32,000 nucleotides of DNA from Methanothermus fervidus DSM 2088. Its GTDB lineage: Archaea; Methanobacteriota; Methanobacteria; DSM-2088; Methanothermaceae. Below the pieces are notes generated by a model that was given only the letters and a program-made list of their open reading frames with translations, did not search any database and was not told where the DNA came from. Below, in pieces: positions 11,330-20,641 of the stretch (positions within the stretch are counted from its first letter, which is position 1; the number at the start of each line of letters is the position of its first letter). The position numbers and the translations under genes were made by a program. The stretch is from contig CP002278.1 of assembly GCA_000166095.1 (NCBI GenBank), forward strand, positions 780,001 through 812,000. The letters are read 5' to 3'.

Positions 11330-11724
11330 AGTTAAAAATACTTCCTTCAAGTTTGCGATACAAAAAAAGATATATCGCATTTGAAATTATATCAGAACTT
11401 TCATTAAATAGACGAGACATAATAAATATTATATGGGATTCATGTCTCAAAGTTTATGGAGAATGTAACGTTAGTAAATTTCGAATATGGGTTACAAAGC
11501 TTTGGTGTCCTCCATCTTTACAACATGGAAGAGTAATGGCAGGTTTATTAAGATGTAAGAGAGGAGAAGAAAAAAAAGTTATTTCAGCATTGTCTTTAGT
11601 ATCTCAATATAAAGGTAAGAGAGTTGTGATACATACTCTTGGAGTATCAGGTACTATGCGTGCTGCAATGCGAAAATTTATATTACCACTACTTAAAAAT
11701 TCTTCAGGAAAGCTTGAGAAATAA
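11326..11724 (+). CDS. rnp2: RNase P protein component 2 (Pop5 homolog)
   Basis: MKLKILPSSLRYKKRYIAFEI..., RCKRGEEKKVISALSLVSQYKGKRVVIHTLGVSGTMRAAMRKF; synteny. Confidence 0.93.
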   Translation: MKLKILPSSLRYKKRYIAFEIISELSLNRRDIINIIWDSCLKVYGECNVSKFRIWVTKLWCPPSLQHGRVMAGLLRCKRGEEKKVISALSLVSQYKGKRVVIHTLGVSGTMRAAMRKFILPLLKNSSGKLEK

Positions 11725-11846
11725 AATTTTGAGGATAATGACAATAATTCTGATAACATCGTAAGCTTTATTATAAAAATCATTAAATAAATTTATTTTT
11801 TTAGTCTAAGTATTTAAATAAGAATTATAAAAAGGTGGGATATTAT

Positions 11847-12602
11847 ATGCAACCATTACAAAGTGCAGGATACGATAGAGCAATAACAGTTTTTAGCCCA
11901 GATGGTAGACTCTTCCAAGTTGAATATGCTAGAGAAGCTGTTAAAAGAGGTACAACATCATTAGGTGTAAAATCAAAAGAAGGAATAGTATTATTAGTAG
12001 ATAAAAGACCAACAAGTAGATTAGTGGAACCAAAATCTATAGAAAAAATATTTCAAATAGATGAACACATAGGCGCTGCAACATCTGGTTTAGTTGCTGA
12101 TGCTAGAGTAATAATCGAAAAAGCTAGGATTGAAGCACAAATTAATAGAATTACCTACAATGAACCTATAAGAGTTGAAACTTTAGTTAAAAAAATATGT
12201 GATATGAAGCAACTCTACACCCAGCATGGCGGAGTAAGGCCATTTGGTTCTGCATTAATAGTTGGCGGTGTTAATGGAAAGAAACCTAGACTTTTTGAGA
12301 CAGACCCTAGTGGAGCATTAATTGAATACAAAGCTACAGCTATAGGTGCAGGCAGGCCAATAGCTATGGAAGAGTTTGAAAGGAAATACAGAGACGATAT
12401 AACATTAAAAGAAGCTATAGATTTGGCATTGGATGCTGTATACGAAGCTACAGAGGGTAGAACAACAGCAAAAAGTATAGAAATAGCTACAATTACCACT
12501 AAGGATAGAAAATTTAGATTGTTACCAGATGAAGAGGTTAAAAAATATGTAGATGAATTGTTAGAAAGAAAGAAAGAAGAAAAGGAGGAAAAAGAGGAAT
12601 AA
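11847..12602 (+). CDS. psmA: Proteasome subunit alpha
   Basis: [54 protein letters not shown]; SD AAAAGGTGGGA upstream. Confidence 0.97.
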   Translation: MQPLQSAGYDRAITVFSPDGRLFQVEYAREAVKRGTTSLGVKSKEGIVLLVDKRPTSRLVEPKSIEKIFQIDEHIGAATSGLVADARVIIEKARIEAQINRITYNEPIRVETLVKKICDMKQLYTQHGGVRPFGSALIVGGVNGKKPRLFETDPSGALIEYKATAIGAGRPIAMEEFERKYRDDITLKEAIDLALDAVYEATEGRTTAKSIEIATITTKDRKFRLLPDEEVKKYVDELLERKKEEKEEKEE

Positions 12603-12605
12603 AAA

Positions 12606-13307
12606 ATGGTTAGCATCGAAGATGCAGTTATTGCACGTTTTGAATCTCATGGAGAAAGATTTGAAATTCTTGTAGATCCAGATTTAGCTTTAGAATTTAG
12701 AAAAACGCCAGAAAAATATGATATAGAGGATATAATTGCCGTAGAAGAAATTTTTAAAGATGCCAAAAAAGGAGAAAAAGCTTCTGAAAAAAAGATGGAA
12801 GAAGTGTTTGGTACAGCTGATCCTTTAGAAGTTGCAAAAAAAATTATACTCAAAGGCTCTATTCAACTTACAGCTGAACAGAAAAGAAGGATGATGGAAG
12901 AAAAATTTAAAAAAATAGTAAATAAAATTTCGCGAGAAGCAATAAATCCACAGACAGGTCACCCGCATCCACCAAAAAGGATAGAAAGGGCAATGAAAGA
13001 ATGTAAAATCCATATAGATCCATTTAAACCTGTGGACGAACAAATAAAGGAAGTTTTAAAAGCTATACGTACAAAAATACCAATAAAATTTGAAAAAGTT
13101 AAAATAGCAGTTAAAATACCTGGTAAATATGTAGGATCTTCCTATGGTACTATAACTAAATACTGTAAAATTTTAGAGGAAGAATGGCAGGATGATGGAT
13201 CCTGGATAGGGATTGTCGAACTACCAGGAGGTCTACAAAACAAATTTTATGAAGAACTTAGTAAATTAACTGCTGGTGAAGTAGAAACAAAACTCCTCAG
13301 AGAATAG
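12606..13307 (+). CDS. Ribosome maturation/assembly factor SDO1 (SBDS homolog)
   Basis: [31 protein letters not shown]..., [32 protein letters not shown]. Confidence 0.96.
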   Translation: MVSIEDAVIARFESHGERFEILVDPDLALEFRKTPEKYDIEDIIAVEEIFKDAKKGEKASEKKMEEVFGTADPLEVAKKIILKGSIQLTAEQKRRMMEEKFKKIVNKISREAINPQTGHPHPPKRIERAMKECKIHIDPFKPVDEQIKEVLKAIRTKIPIKFEKVKIAVKIPGKYVGSSYGTITKYCKILEEEWQDDGSWIGIVELPGGLQNKFYEELSKLTAGEVETKLLRE

Positions 13308-13318
13308 GAGAGATAACC

Positions 13319-13987
13319 GTGTTGTTCGTCAAGGAAAGGGACATTGTGGTCCCTGGAGAAAAATTGGCAGGAAATGATTATATTGCGGGTAGAGGAACTT
13401 TTATTGAAGAAGATAAAATATATTCTTCTGTTGTAGGATTAGTATCAATAAAAGGGAAAAGAATTGAAGTTATTCCTCTCCAAGGTAAATATATACCTAA
13501 AAAAAATGATAGTGTTATTGGGAAGGTCGTTGATGTAAAATTTGCAAGATGGATTGTCGACATAAGATCTCCTTATTCTGCTATTTTACCAGTTTCTGAA
13601 GTTATAGATAAAGGTAAAAAGAATTTAGAAGAAATATTTGGCATTGGAGATACATTATTTTTAAAAATTATAGAAGTAGATGAAGTTAAAAAAGTTAAAC
13701 TAGGTTTACATGAGGGTGGCCCAATAAAACTTGAAGGTGGAACATTAGCATATATAACACCTAGTAAGGTTCCTAGAGTCATTGGAAGAAAAGGATCAAT
13801 GATAAAAATGTTAAAAAAATTGACGAATTGCGAAATCTTACTAGGACAGAATGGCGTAATTTGGGTTAAAGGCGATAAAAAAATGGAAGAAATTGTTAAA
13901 CGTGCATTAGAGATGATAGATAGAGAAGCACATACTTCTGGACTTACTGATCGTGTTAAAGAATTTATAATTAGATCTATAGAATAA
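13319..13987 (+). CDS. rrp4: Exosome complex RNA-binding protein Rrp4
   Basis: [39 protein letters not shown]1/KH domains ([35 protein letters not shown]). Confidence 0.96.
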   Translation: MLFVKERDIVVPGEKLAGNDYIAGRGTFIEEDKIYSSVVGLVSIKGKRIEVIPLQGKYIPKKNDSVIGKVVDVKFARWIVDIRSPYSAILPVSEVIDKGKKNLEEIFGIGDTLFLKIIEVDEVKKVKLGLHEGGPIKLEGGTLAYITPSKVPRVIGRKGSMIKMLKKLTNCEILLGQNGVIWVKGDKKMEEIVKRALEMIDREAHTSGLTDRVKEFIIRSIE

Positions 13988-13989
13988 GG

Positions 13990-14703
13990 TTGATGATAAT
14001 CGTGCCAGATACAGTAGAATTCGTTAGAAAAGATGGAAGAGCATACAACGAACTTCGACCAGTAAAAATTAAAGCAGGAGTATTAAAAAGAGCAGATGGA
14101 TCATCCTATATTGAGTTAGGGTCCAATAAAATATTAGCAGCGGTATATGGTCCTAGAGATCCTCAAATAACAAAAATAAAGAGACCAGATAGGGCAATAA
14201 TTAGGTGTAGATACAATATGGCACCATTTTCTGTAGAGGAACGAAAAAGACCAGGACCTGATAGAAGATCAATAGAGATTTCAAAAATAACAGCAGAAGC
14301 TTTAGCGCCTTCTATAATTTTAGAAAAATTTCCAAGATCATCAATTGATATTTTCATTGAAGTTTTGGAAGCAGATGGTGGAACAAGATGTGCAGGAATA
14401 ACTGCTGCATCTGTTGCACTTGCAGATGCAGGAATACCTCTTCGTGATTTGGTAGTCGCATGTTCAGCAGGTAAAGTTAATGGTCATGTAGTATTAGATT
14501 TAACTGAAGAAGAAGATAAAGAAGGTGAAGCAGACGTTCCTGTGGCAATAATGCCCAGAACTAAAGAAATAACATTATTACAAGTTGATGGAGAATTGAC
14601 ACCTGAAGAACTTGAAAAAGCTATAGATCTTGCTATTGAAGGTTGTATGAGTATAAATAAACTTCAAAAAAAAAGCATTGAAAGAAAAATATGGGTGTAT
14701 TGA
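13990..14703 (+). CDS. rrp41: Exosome complex exonuclease Rrp41
   Basis: RNase PH fold: [47 protein letters not shown]; [30 protein letters not shown]. Confidence 0.97.
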   Translation: MMIIVPDTVEFVRKDGRAYNELRPVKIKAGVLKRADGSSYIELGSNKILAAVYGPRDPQITKIKRPDRAIIRCRYNMAPFSVEERKRPGPDRRSIEISKITAEALAPSIILEKFPRSSIDIFIEVLEADGGTRCAGITAASVALADAGIPLRDLVVACSAGKVNGHVVLDLTEEEDKEGEADVPVAIMPRTKEITLLQVDGELTPEELEKAIDLAIEGCMSINKLQKKSIERKIWVY

Positions 14704-14705
14704 CC

Positions 14706-15503
14706 ATGGAAATAATTCCGGAAATAATGAAAGAAGATATAATAAGTCTTATTAGCAATAACAAAAGATTGGATGGCAGGTCTTTCTATGAATTTAGAGA
14801 TATAAAAATTAAAACAGGTGTAATATCTAAAGCAGAAGGTTCAGCAAGAGTCAAATTAGGAGATACACAAGTTCTTGTTGGTGTAAAACCAACAATAGGT
14901 GAACCATTTCCAGATAATCCTAATTTAGGAATAATAATAACAAATTCAGAGCTTTTACCAATGGCATCTCCTACTTTTGAGCCAGGGCCTCCTGATGAAA
15001 GATCCATAGAGCTTGCTAGGGTCGTTGATAGGTGTATAAGAGAAAGTAATATGCTTGATTTAGAAAAGCTATGCATAATTGAAGGTGAAAAAGTTTGGAT
15101 ACTTTTCATAGATCTCCATATTTTGGATTATGATGGGAATTTGTTTGATGCCTCTGTACTTGGGGCAGTAGCAGCATTAATGGATACAAAGTTACCAAAA
15201 GTTAGCATTGAGGATGATGAAGTAGTCATTGATGACAGTTCAGTTGAGTTACTTGATATCAAAGATAAAGTTGCTATGTGCACATTTGCAAAAATAGGTG
15301 ATGAATTAGTATTAGATCCTTCTTTAGAGGAAGAAGAAATACTTACAGCAAGATTATCAATAGGAATGAATTCAGAGGGAAAAATATGTGCCATGCAAAA
15401 AGGTGGAAAAGGTTCATTAAGTAGAGAGGATATATCAAAAGCTATAAATATTGCAGAAGAAAAAACACCTGAACTGTTACAACATTTAGAGAATATTAGG
15501 TGA
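14706..15503 (+). CDS. rrp42: Exosome complex component Rrp42
   Basis: [68 protein letters not shown]; immediately after rrp41. Confidence 0.97.
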   Translation: MEIIPEIMKEDIISLISNNKRLDGRSFYEFRDIKIKTGVISKAEGSARVKLGDTQVLVGVKPTIGEPFPDNPNLGIIITNSELLPMASPTFEPGPPDERSIELARVVDRCIRESNMLDLEKLCIIEGEKVWILFIDLHILDYDGNLFDASVLGAVAALMDTKLPKVSIEDDEVVIDDSSVELLDIKDKVAMCTFAKIGDELVLDPSLEEEEILTARLSIGMNSEGKICAMQKGGKGSLSREDISKAINIAEEKTPELLQHLENIR

Positions 15504-15508
15504 TACTT

Positions 15509-15781
15509 ATGGGTAGGACAAAAAAAGTTGGAATAACTGGTAGATTTGGGCCAAGATATGGAATGAAAATAAGAAGAGCTGTTAAGAGAATTGAAGAAAA
15601 AATGAAAGAAAAACATATATGTCCATATTGTGAAATGCCACGCGTTAAAAGGATAAGTAGAGGTATATGGAAATGTAAAAAATGTGGAGCTGTTTTCACT
15701 GGCGGTGCATATTTACCACAAACATCTGTAGGTAAATCTGCATCCAGGACAATTAAAAGGATAATTGAAGGAGGATCTTAA
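15509..15781 (+). CDS. rpl37ae: 50S ribosomal protein L37Ae
   Basis: [68 protein letters not shown] with a C4 zinc motif. Confidence 0.96.
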   Translation: MGRTKKVGITGRFGPRYGMKIRRAVKRIEEKMKEKHICPYCEMPRVKRISRGIWKCKKCGAVFTGGAYLPQTSVGKSASRTIKRIIEGGS

Positions 15782-15913
15782 TTGTATAAGTGTTTAAGAT
15801 GTGGGACTACTATAGACCCCAAAAAACAGAAAAAATACATGTGTCCTAAATGTAGGTACAGGATATTACTTAAAGAACAACCGGAAATTGTGAGAGAATT
15901 AAGAGCTAGGTAA
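15782..15913 (+). CDS. rpoP: DNA-directed RNA polymerase subunit P (Rpb12-like), TTG start, 43 aa
   Basis: Own translation (absent from ORF track, too short): MYKCLRCGTTIDPKKQKKYMCPKCRYRILLKEQPEIVRELRAR; C4 zinc motif; TTG directly abuts the TAA of rpl37ae; conserved synteny. Confidence 0.93.
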   Translation: MYKCLRCGTTIDPKKQKKYMCPKCRYRILLKEQPEIVRELRAR

Positions 15914-15915
15914 TC

Positions 15916-16419
15916 ATGCCTAGTATTTTAATTACAACTTCCCGTAGACCTTCACCCCGCACTAGGGCTTTTTGTCAGAGATTTAAAAATGGATTAGATG
16001 CACTTTATATTAATCGTGGAAAAATGAATATGCAAGAAGTATTTCTGAAGGCATGTGAAGAAGGTGCACATGTTGTAGCTATTGTACTGGAGTTAAAGGG
16101 TAATCCCAGTCGTATAACTTTCTATGATGTGAGTGGTGAAGAATTAGCTTATATATTAATGAATGTTGCAATTCCAAGGAGAAGGGAATTTAATATTGAT
16201 CGTAAAAGAGTTACAGCCAAAGTAGAGGTGGAAGAGTTACTTCCATTAACATATTTACTGTTCTTAACTCCCCATGATAGCCCAATGTCAAATTATTGGC
16301 ATATAAAAAAAGGACATGGGAAATATATGGCAATAATGGAATTAATTGATGAAGAAGGTAAAAGTACTGGTCTTAAATTATTTATATTGGATTTTGAGGT
16401 TGTAAAGCATGGGACTTGA
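15916..16419 (+). CDS. Brix-domain ribosome biogenesis protein (Imp4-like)
   Basis: MPSILITTSRRPSPRTRAFCQRFKNGLDALYINRGKMNMQEVFLKACEEGAHVVAIVLELKGNPSRITFYDVSG. Confidence 0.92.
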   Translation: MPSILITTSRRPSPRTRAFCQRFKNGLDALYINRGKMNMQEVFLKACEEGAHVVAIVLELKGNPSRITFYDVSGEELAYILMNVAIPRRREFNIDRKRVTAKVEVEELLPLTYLLFLTPHDSPMSNYWHIKKGHGKYMAIMELIDEEGKSTGLKLFILDFEVVKHGT

Positions 16420-16675
16420 ATCCATAATTTCAGATATTGAAATTTCCTTAAACTTAGAAAAAGATGCAGAAATTGTTTATAAATCCATTAAGCCAGAAGT
16501 TTTGACAGCACCATCACAAAGGTCTAAGTTAAATATTAAACGTGATAAAAAAAAGATATTATTTAAAATAATTGCAGAAGATTCACATGCATATAGAGCA
16601 TCTTTAAATTCTATTTTACGTTGGGTTATAATTTCTCTAGATATTCTTAAATTAATGAAAAGAGGTGATATATAA
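16409..16675 (+). CDS. pcc1: KEOPS complex subunit Pcc1
   Basis: IEISLNLEKDAEIVYKSIKPEVLTAPSQRSKLNIKRDKKKILFKIIAEDSHAYRASLNSILRWVIISLDIL; synteny. Confidence 0.88.
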   Translation: MGLESIISDIEISLNLEKDAEIVYKSIKPEVLTAPSQRSKLNIKRDKKKILFKIIAEDSHAYRASLNSILRWVIISLDILKLMKRGDI

Positions 16676-17031
16676 TGGAACAACTTCCAAAAAGTGTGCA
16701 ACATCAAATAGCTCAATTTCAGCAATTACAACAACAAGCTCAGGCTATAACTGTCCAAAGACAAAGTATAGAGATGCAAATAAAAGAAGCTGAGAGAGCA
16801 TTAGATGAATTAAATAAAGTTAAAGAAGATGCTGAAATTTATAAGTCTGTTGGAAATATATTGATAAAATCTAATAAAGAAGAAGTCAAGAAAGAATTAG
16901 AAGATAAGTTGGAGACTCTTAAGCTTAGGGAAAATACAATAAAAAGACAGGAAGAACGTGTAATGAAAAGGTTACGTGAAATGCAGGCTACAATACAGGA
17001 AGCATTGAGGGGAGGAGGATTAGGAACTTAA
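16675..17031 (+). CDS. pfdB: Prefoldin subunit beta (GimC)
   Basis: MEQLPKSVQHQIAQFQQLQQQAQAITVQRQSIEMQIKEAERALDELNKVKEDAEIYKSVGNILIKSNKEEVKKELEDKLETLKLR. Confidence 0.95.
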   Translation: MEQLPKSVQHQIAQFQQLQQQAQAITVQRQSIEMQIKEAERALDELNKVKEDAEIYKSVGNILIKSNKEEVKKELEDKLETLKLRENTIKRQEERVMKRLREMQATIQEALRGGGLGT

Positions 17032-17334
17032 TCTCATACCCTTCCTTTAAATTTTTTCATTACAGGTTAAAAAATTTAAAACTATCAAACCTAGAATAAT
17101 TCAAGTAAAAACTCGTTAATGTTGTATTGTAAAACATAAGTTAATTCATGAGTATTTTATATGGTGTTGACTATGATAATTTGTTTTCAGGAAATATAAT
17201 CTACTCTTATTTTTTGGAATGGAATATAATGTGGATTTAATACAATATTAAGCTTACAATAACCAGTATATAGCTAGATATACAGGAAAAGAAGAAGGAT
17301 ATGTTGGCATGTGGTAATAGTGGAGGAAATATTG

Positions 17335-18267
17335 ATGAGTCTTATTTTAGCATATGTCGGAAAAAAAGGTTGTGTTATAGCTGGAGACAAAAGAAAAATT
17401 GCATATTTTGGTGATAAGTCTTCTAGGAAAATTCTAGAAGAAAAATTGTATACCGGTAAAATAAAAACTTTAGATGAGCTTTTTGAAGAAGCTAAAAAGT
17501 TAGGAGTATCAATAAATATAACTGATAATGCAAAGAAAGTAAGAGAAAAGGGGCATGTTGCAATCGGAGAAGTAGGAATAAAAGCTACACATAGTGCAAA
17601 AAGAAGAAGATTATATGCGACAACTAACTGTTATGAAATTATAGAACTTGAAGGCTCAAAAATTGTTAAAAGAAAAAAAGGTAATAGTGCTCTGATTGTT
17701 TTTGGAAATAGAATAACAAAAAAAATTTCCAATGAAATTTTAAAAAAAGAGTTTAATCCAAAAATGAGTTTACAAGAAATAGCAAATTTATTTAAGAAAA
17801 TAATAAAAAAAGCATCGGAATTAACTCCAACAATAAATAAGTCTTGTGATATCGTGATTAAAAATCCTATACTTAATAAAGAAATGGCAGAAAAGATATT
17901 GGAGATGAGTATATCAGAAGATATTAAAAACTTGCGAAAATGGAGAAAATCTTTAAAAGATAAGATGATAAAAGCTGCAAAAGAAATAACTTTAGCTTCC
18001 AAAATTATTACAGAAGGAGATGTCGGAGAAATAGTTGATATAAAAGATGGAAAAATAATGGTCAAATTAAATCAAGACGTTTGTGCATATGACTTAAATT
18101 GGGAAAAAGTTGCTAATCCGGGAGAAATTGTTACAATGACTGCTGACAATCCTTCAGAGATTAAAGTTGGAGACAAAGTAGTTATAGAAAATGAAGAATT
18201 ATATGTGGAGCGTTGTAAAGAACCTTTACAATGTGAAGTAATACTAACATATTGTAACAGAGGATAA
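17335..18267 (+). CDS. Conserved archaeal protein, DUF2121-like, with a possible Ntn-hydrolase-like N-terminus
   Basis: MSLILAYVGKKGCVIAGDKRKIAYFGDKSSRKILEEKLYTG..., DVGEIVDIKDGKIMVKLNQDVCAYDLNWEKVANPGEIVTMTADNP; SD GTGGAGGAA upstream of the internal ATG. Confidence 0.72.
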   Translation: MSLILAYVGKKGCVIAGDKRKIAYFGDKSSRKILEEKLYTGKIKTLDELFEEAKKLGVSINITDNAKKVREKGHVAIGEVGIKATHSAKRRRLYATTNCYEIIELEGSKIVKRKKGNSALIVFGNRITKKISNEILKKEFNPKMSLQEIANLFKKIIKKASELTPTINKSCDIVIKNPILNKEMAEKILEMSISEDIKNLRKWRKSLKDKMIKAAKEITLASKIITEGDVGEIVDIKDGKIMVKLNQDVCAYDLNWEKVANPGEIVTMTADNPSEIKVGDKVVIENEELYVERCKEPLQCEVILTYCNRG

Positions 18268-18280
18268 GGAGGTGGAATCT

Positions 18281-19088
18281 GTGTATTTAACATTCCTAGG
18301 AAGTGGGGGAGGTAGGTTTTGCTACCATAACACAAAAAAGAATGACTGGTGGATTTAGGATAGATCACCTAGATAACAAAAATTTTCATATTGATCCAGG
18401 ACCTGGAGCATTTATAAGAACATATCAATTTGGTTTAAATCCCATAAACCTTGATGTTGTACTTGTATCTCATGCACACACTGATCATTATTCAGATGTT
18501 GAAGTCATGATTGAAGCAATGACAAAAGGAATGACTAGAAGAAGAGGAACTATAGTTGGAAGTAGGAGTGTAATAGAAGGTTATAATGATTTTGGTCCCT
18601 GCATATCAAAGTATCATTTAACAAAATCTGATGTTGTAGTGATGGAACCTGGAGACACGACAAAAATTGGAAATGTTAAAATTAAGGCCACACCCACACA
18701 ACATGGAGACCCAACAGGTATAGGTTTTCAATTTAAAACAAAAGATATAGTTATATCCTATACATCAGATACAGCATATTTTGAAGATTTAGGAAAATAT
18801 CACAAAGGCGCTGATATATTAATTGCCAATGTTATAAGGCCAAATGGTGAACGTATTAGAGGGCATATGTGTACAGATGATCTCAAAAAACTTTTAAATA
18901 TTGTAAGACCAAAATTAACTATAATGACACATTTTGGTATGAAAATGATTAATAATAACCCTGCTAAAGAGGCTAGAGATCTATGTAAAGAAACATCGTT
19001 AAGAGTTATTCCAGCATCTGATGGAATGAAAATAGATTTATCAAATATTGCACAAAGAACCTTAAATGATTTTTTCATGCCTCGGTAG
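18281..19088 (+). CDS. MBL-fold metal-dependent hydrolase with an apparent +1 frameshift near codon 13
   Basis: Frame 1 from GTG 18281 (SD GGAGGTG at 18268) gives VYLTFLGSGGGRF; the track frame then gives ATITQKRMTGGFRIDHLDNKNFHIDPGPGAFIRTYQFGLNPINLDVVLVSHAHTDHYSD. The junction is TTTT at 18317-18320. Confidence 0.8.
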
Positions 19089-19151
19089 CTCAGTTGGTAG
19101 AGCGCGGGACTCGTAATCCCGTGGTCGCGGGTTCAAATCCCGCCCGAGGCT
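19079..19151 (+). tRNA. tRNA-Thr (anticodon CGT)
   Basis: Full cloverleaf: acceptor GCCTCGG/CCGAGGC, D arm GCTC..GAGC, anticodon stem CGGGA/TCCCG with loop CTCGTAA, T stem GCGGG/CCCGC with loop TTCAAAT, discriminator T; no intron, CCA not encoded. Confidence 0.96.
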
Positions 19152-20239
19152 TTTATATTACATGGATGTATAATCCCACTTCTTATTAGATGATCAGCTA
19201 TAACTATTGCAGCTGATGCTTCTGCAACAGGTACAATTCTTGGACAAATGCATGGGTCATGTCTACCTTCTATTTTTATTTTTGTTTCTTCCATTTTCTC
19301 TAAATCGACAGTTTTTTGAGGTATTGATATTGAAGGTGTTGGTTTGACAGCCATTCTTAATATTATTGGCATCCCATTAGATATTCCACCCAATATGCCT
19401 CCAGAATTATTTGTCACGGTTTTTATTTTATTTTTATCTAAATAAAATTCATCATTGACCTCGCTGCCCATATGTCTAGCAACTTCAAATCCCATACCTA
19501 TTTCAACGCCTTTAACAGATCCTATACCCATTATTGCATGAGCTAAATCTGCATCTAATTTTGAAAATACTGGATCTCCAACCCCTGGAGGTACACCTAA
19601 AATAACTAATTCTACAATCCCTCCAATAGAATTTCCTTCTTTTTTTACTTTTAATATTAACTCTTCCATTTTTTTGGCAGTATTTTTGTCTATACACCTT
19701 ACAGAATTTTTAAAACGTTCTTTTCTTTTTGAATAATCAATTTTTCCTGCTTTTATGTTTCCAACTTGTATTACATGTGCAAATACTTCAATGTTAACAG
19801 TTTTAAGTAACTTTTTTGCAACAGCTCCTCCAATTACATGTCCTATTGTAACTCTACCGCTGCCTCTTCCACCACCACGATAATCATAATGCCCATATCT
19901 TTTTATCCAACCATAATCTCCGTGACCGGGCCTTGGTTTATTCTTTAATTTTTCGTATGCAGAAGAATCAACATCTTTATTATACACCAAAGCTGCAATT
20001 GGAGTACCATCTGTTTTACCATTGAAAACTCCTGATAATATCTCAACCTTATCAGGTTCTTTTCTAGGGGTCGTTATTTTGCTAATCCCAGGCCTTCTTT
20101 TATCTAATTCTTTCTGAATATCTTTTTCACTCAACTCTAAGCCAGCCGGACATCCATCAATGACAGCGCCTAATGCTTTCCCATGGCTAGATCCAAACGT
20201 TGTTACTCTAAACATTTTTCCAATAGTATTTCCTGGCAT
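19133..20239 (-). CDS. aroC: Chorismate synthase
   Basis: [51 protein letters not shown]; [31 protein letters not shown]. Confidence 0.97.
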   Translation of the reverse strand: MPGNTIGKMFRVTTFGSSHGKALGAVIDGCPAGLELSEKDIQKELDKRRPGISKITTPRKEPDKVEILSGVFNGKTDGTPIAALVYNKDVDSSAYEKLKNKPRPGHGDYGWIKRYGHYDYRGGGRGSGRVTIGHVIGGAVAKKLLKTVNIEVFAHVIQVGNIKAGKIDYSKRKERFKNSVRCIDKNTAKKMEELILKVKKEGNSIGGIVELVILGVPPGVGDPVFSKLDADLAHAIMGIGSVKGVEIGMGFEVARHMGSEVNDEFYLDKNKIKTVTNNSGGILGGISNGMPIILRMAVKPTPSISIPQKTVDLEKMEETKIKIEGRHDPCICPRIVPVAEASAAIVIADHLIRSGIIHPCNIKASGGI

Positions 20240-20393
20240 AGTATCCCCAGACTTAATATACTACTCCTGACTAAGTGGAAATGTATTTTTCACAATCTTT
20301 TCTTTTATTTTAAAAATATACAAACTCTCTTTTATTTCTTCTTTCTCCAAATGCAATAATATATAGAAAATTTATTAATCCTTACTTTTCTTT

Positions 20394-20552
20394 ATGTCAT
20401 ATATCTATACATATAAATCCAGACTTTATCCAAGTAAAGAACAGGAAGACAAGCTATTGAAAAGTTTAGAGATTTGTAGGAATGTTTATAATTATTTTCT
20501 AACATCTAACATAAGAATTAAGTCTATATGTATAGTATTGTTGAAGAGATAA
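20394..20552 (+). pseudogene. Truncated TnpB/OrfB (IS200/IS605, IS1341-type) N-terminal fragment, 52 aa
   Basis: Own translation: MSYIYTYKSRLYPSKEQEDKLLKSLEICRNVYNYFLTSNIRIKSICIVLLKR*. YKSRLYPSKEQEDKLLKSLEICRNVYNYFL matches the conserved OrfB/TnpB N-terminal helix-turn-helix pattern; no RuvC region follows. Confidence 0.85.
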
Positions 20553-20641
20553 GGTAGCTCTGATCACTTGTTTAGGAGAATGCTCTACTCAGGACTATAC
20601 TTTTTCTTGATGAAGCTGGAAGCTCCACAAGGGTGGCTCAC
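20553..20641 (+). ncRNA. Putative TnpB-associated omegaRNA scaffold remnant
   Basis: Structured GC-richer stretch immediately after the tnpB fragment, ending in hairpin + CTCAC; pattern recollection of archaeal IS1341-type right ends, no covariance test run. Confidence 0.5.

Larger units (their letters stand above)
20275..20641 (+). mobile_element. Internally deleted IS200/IS605-type element (MITE-like TnpB relic) retaining a putative omegaRNA right end; left boundary tentative
   Basis: tnpB 5' fragment followed by GGTAGCTCTGATCACTTGTTTAGGAGAATGCTCTACTCAGGAC...TTGATGAAGCTGGAAGCTCCACAAGGGTGGCTCAC, resembling the 3' end of TnpB elements (terminal hairpin CCAC-AAGG-GTGG then CTCAC). Possible left-end hairpin GTGGAAA-TGTAT-TTTTCAC at 20275-20293. 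Confidence 0.62.

Noticed and set aside
18303-19088. Track start GTG 18303 as the genuine MBL start
   Set aside because: No good SD, and it lacks the first MBL beta-strand that is perfectly encoded in the other frame just upstream behind a strong SD; retained only as an alternative.
20394-20552. The 52-aa ORF as an independent functional small protein
   Set aside because: It matches the TnpB N-terminus and its tail diverges into a stop next to the element's right end, so truncation by deletion is the simpler explanation; a secondary function cannot be excluded without expression data.
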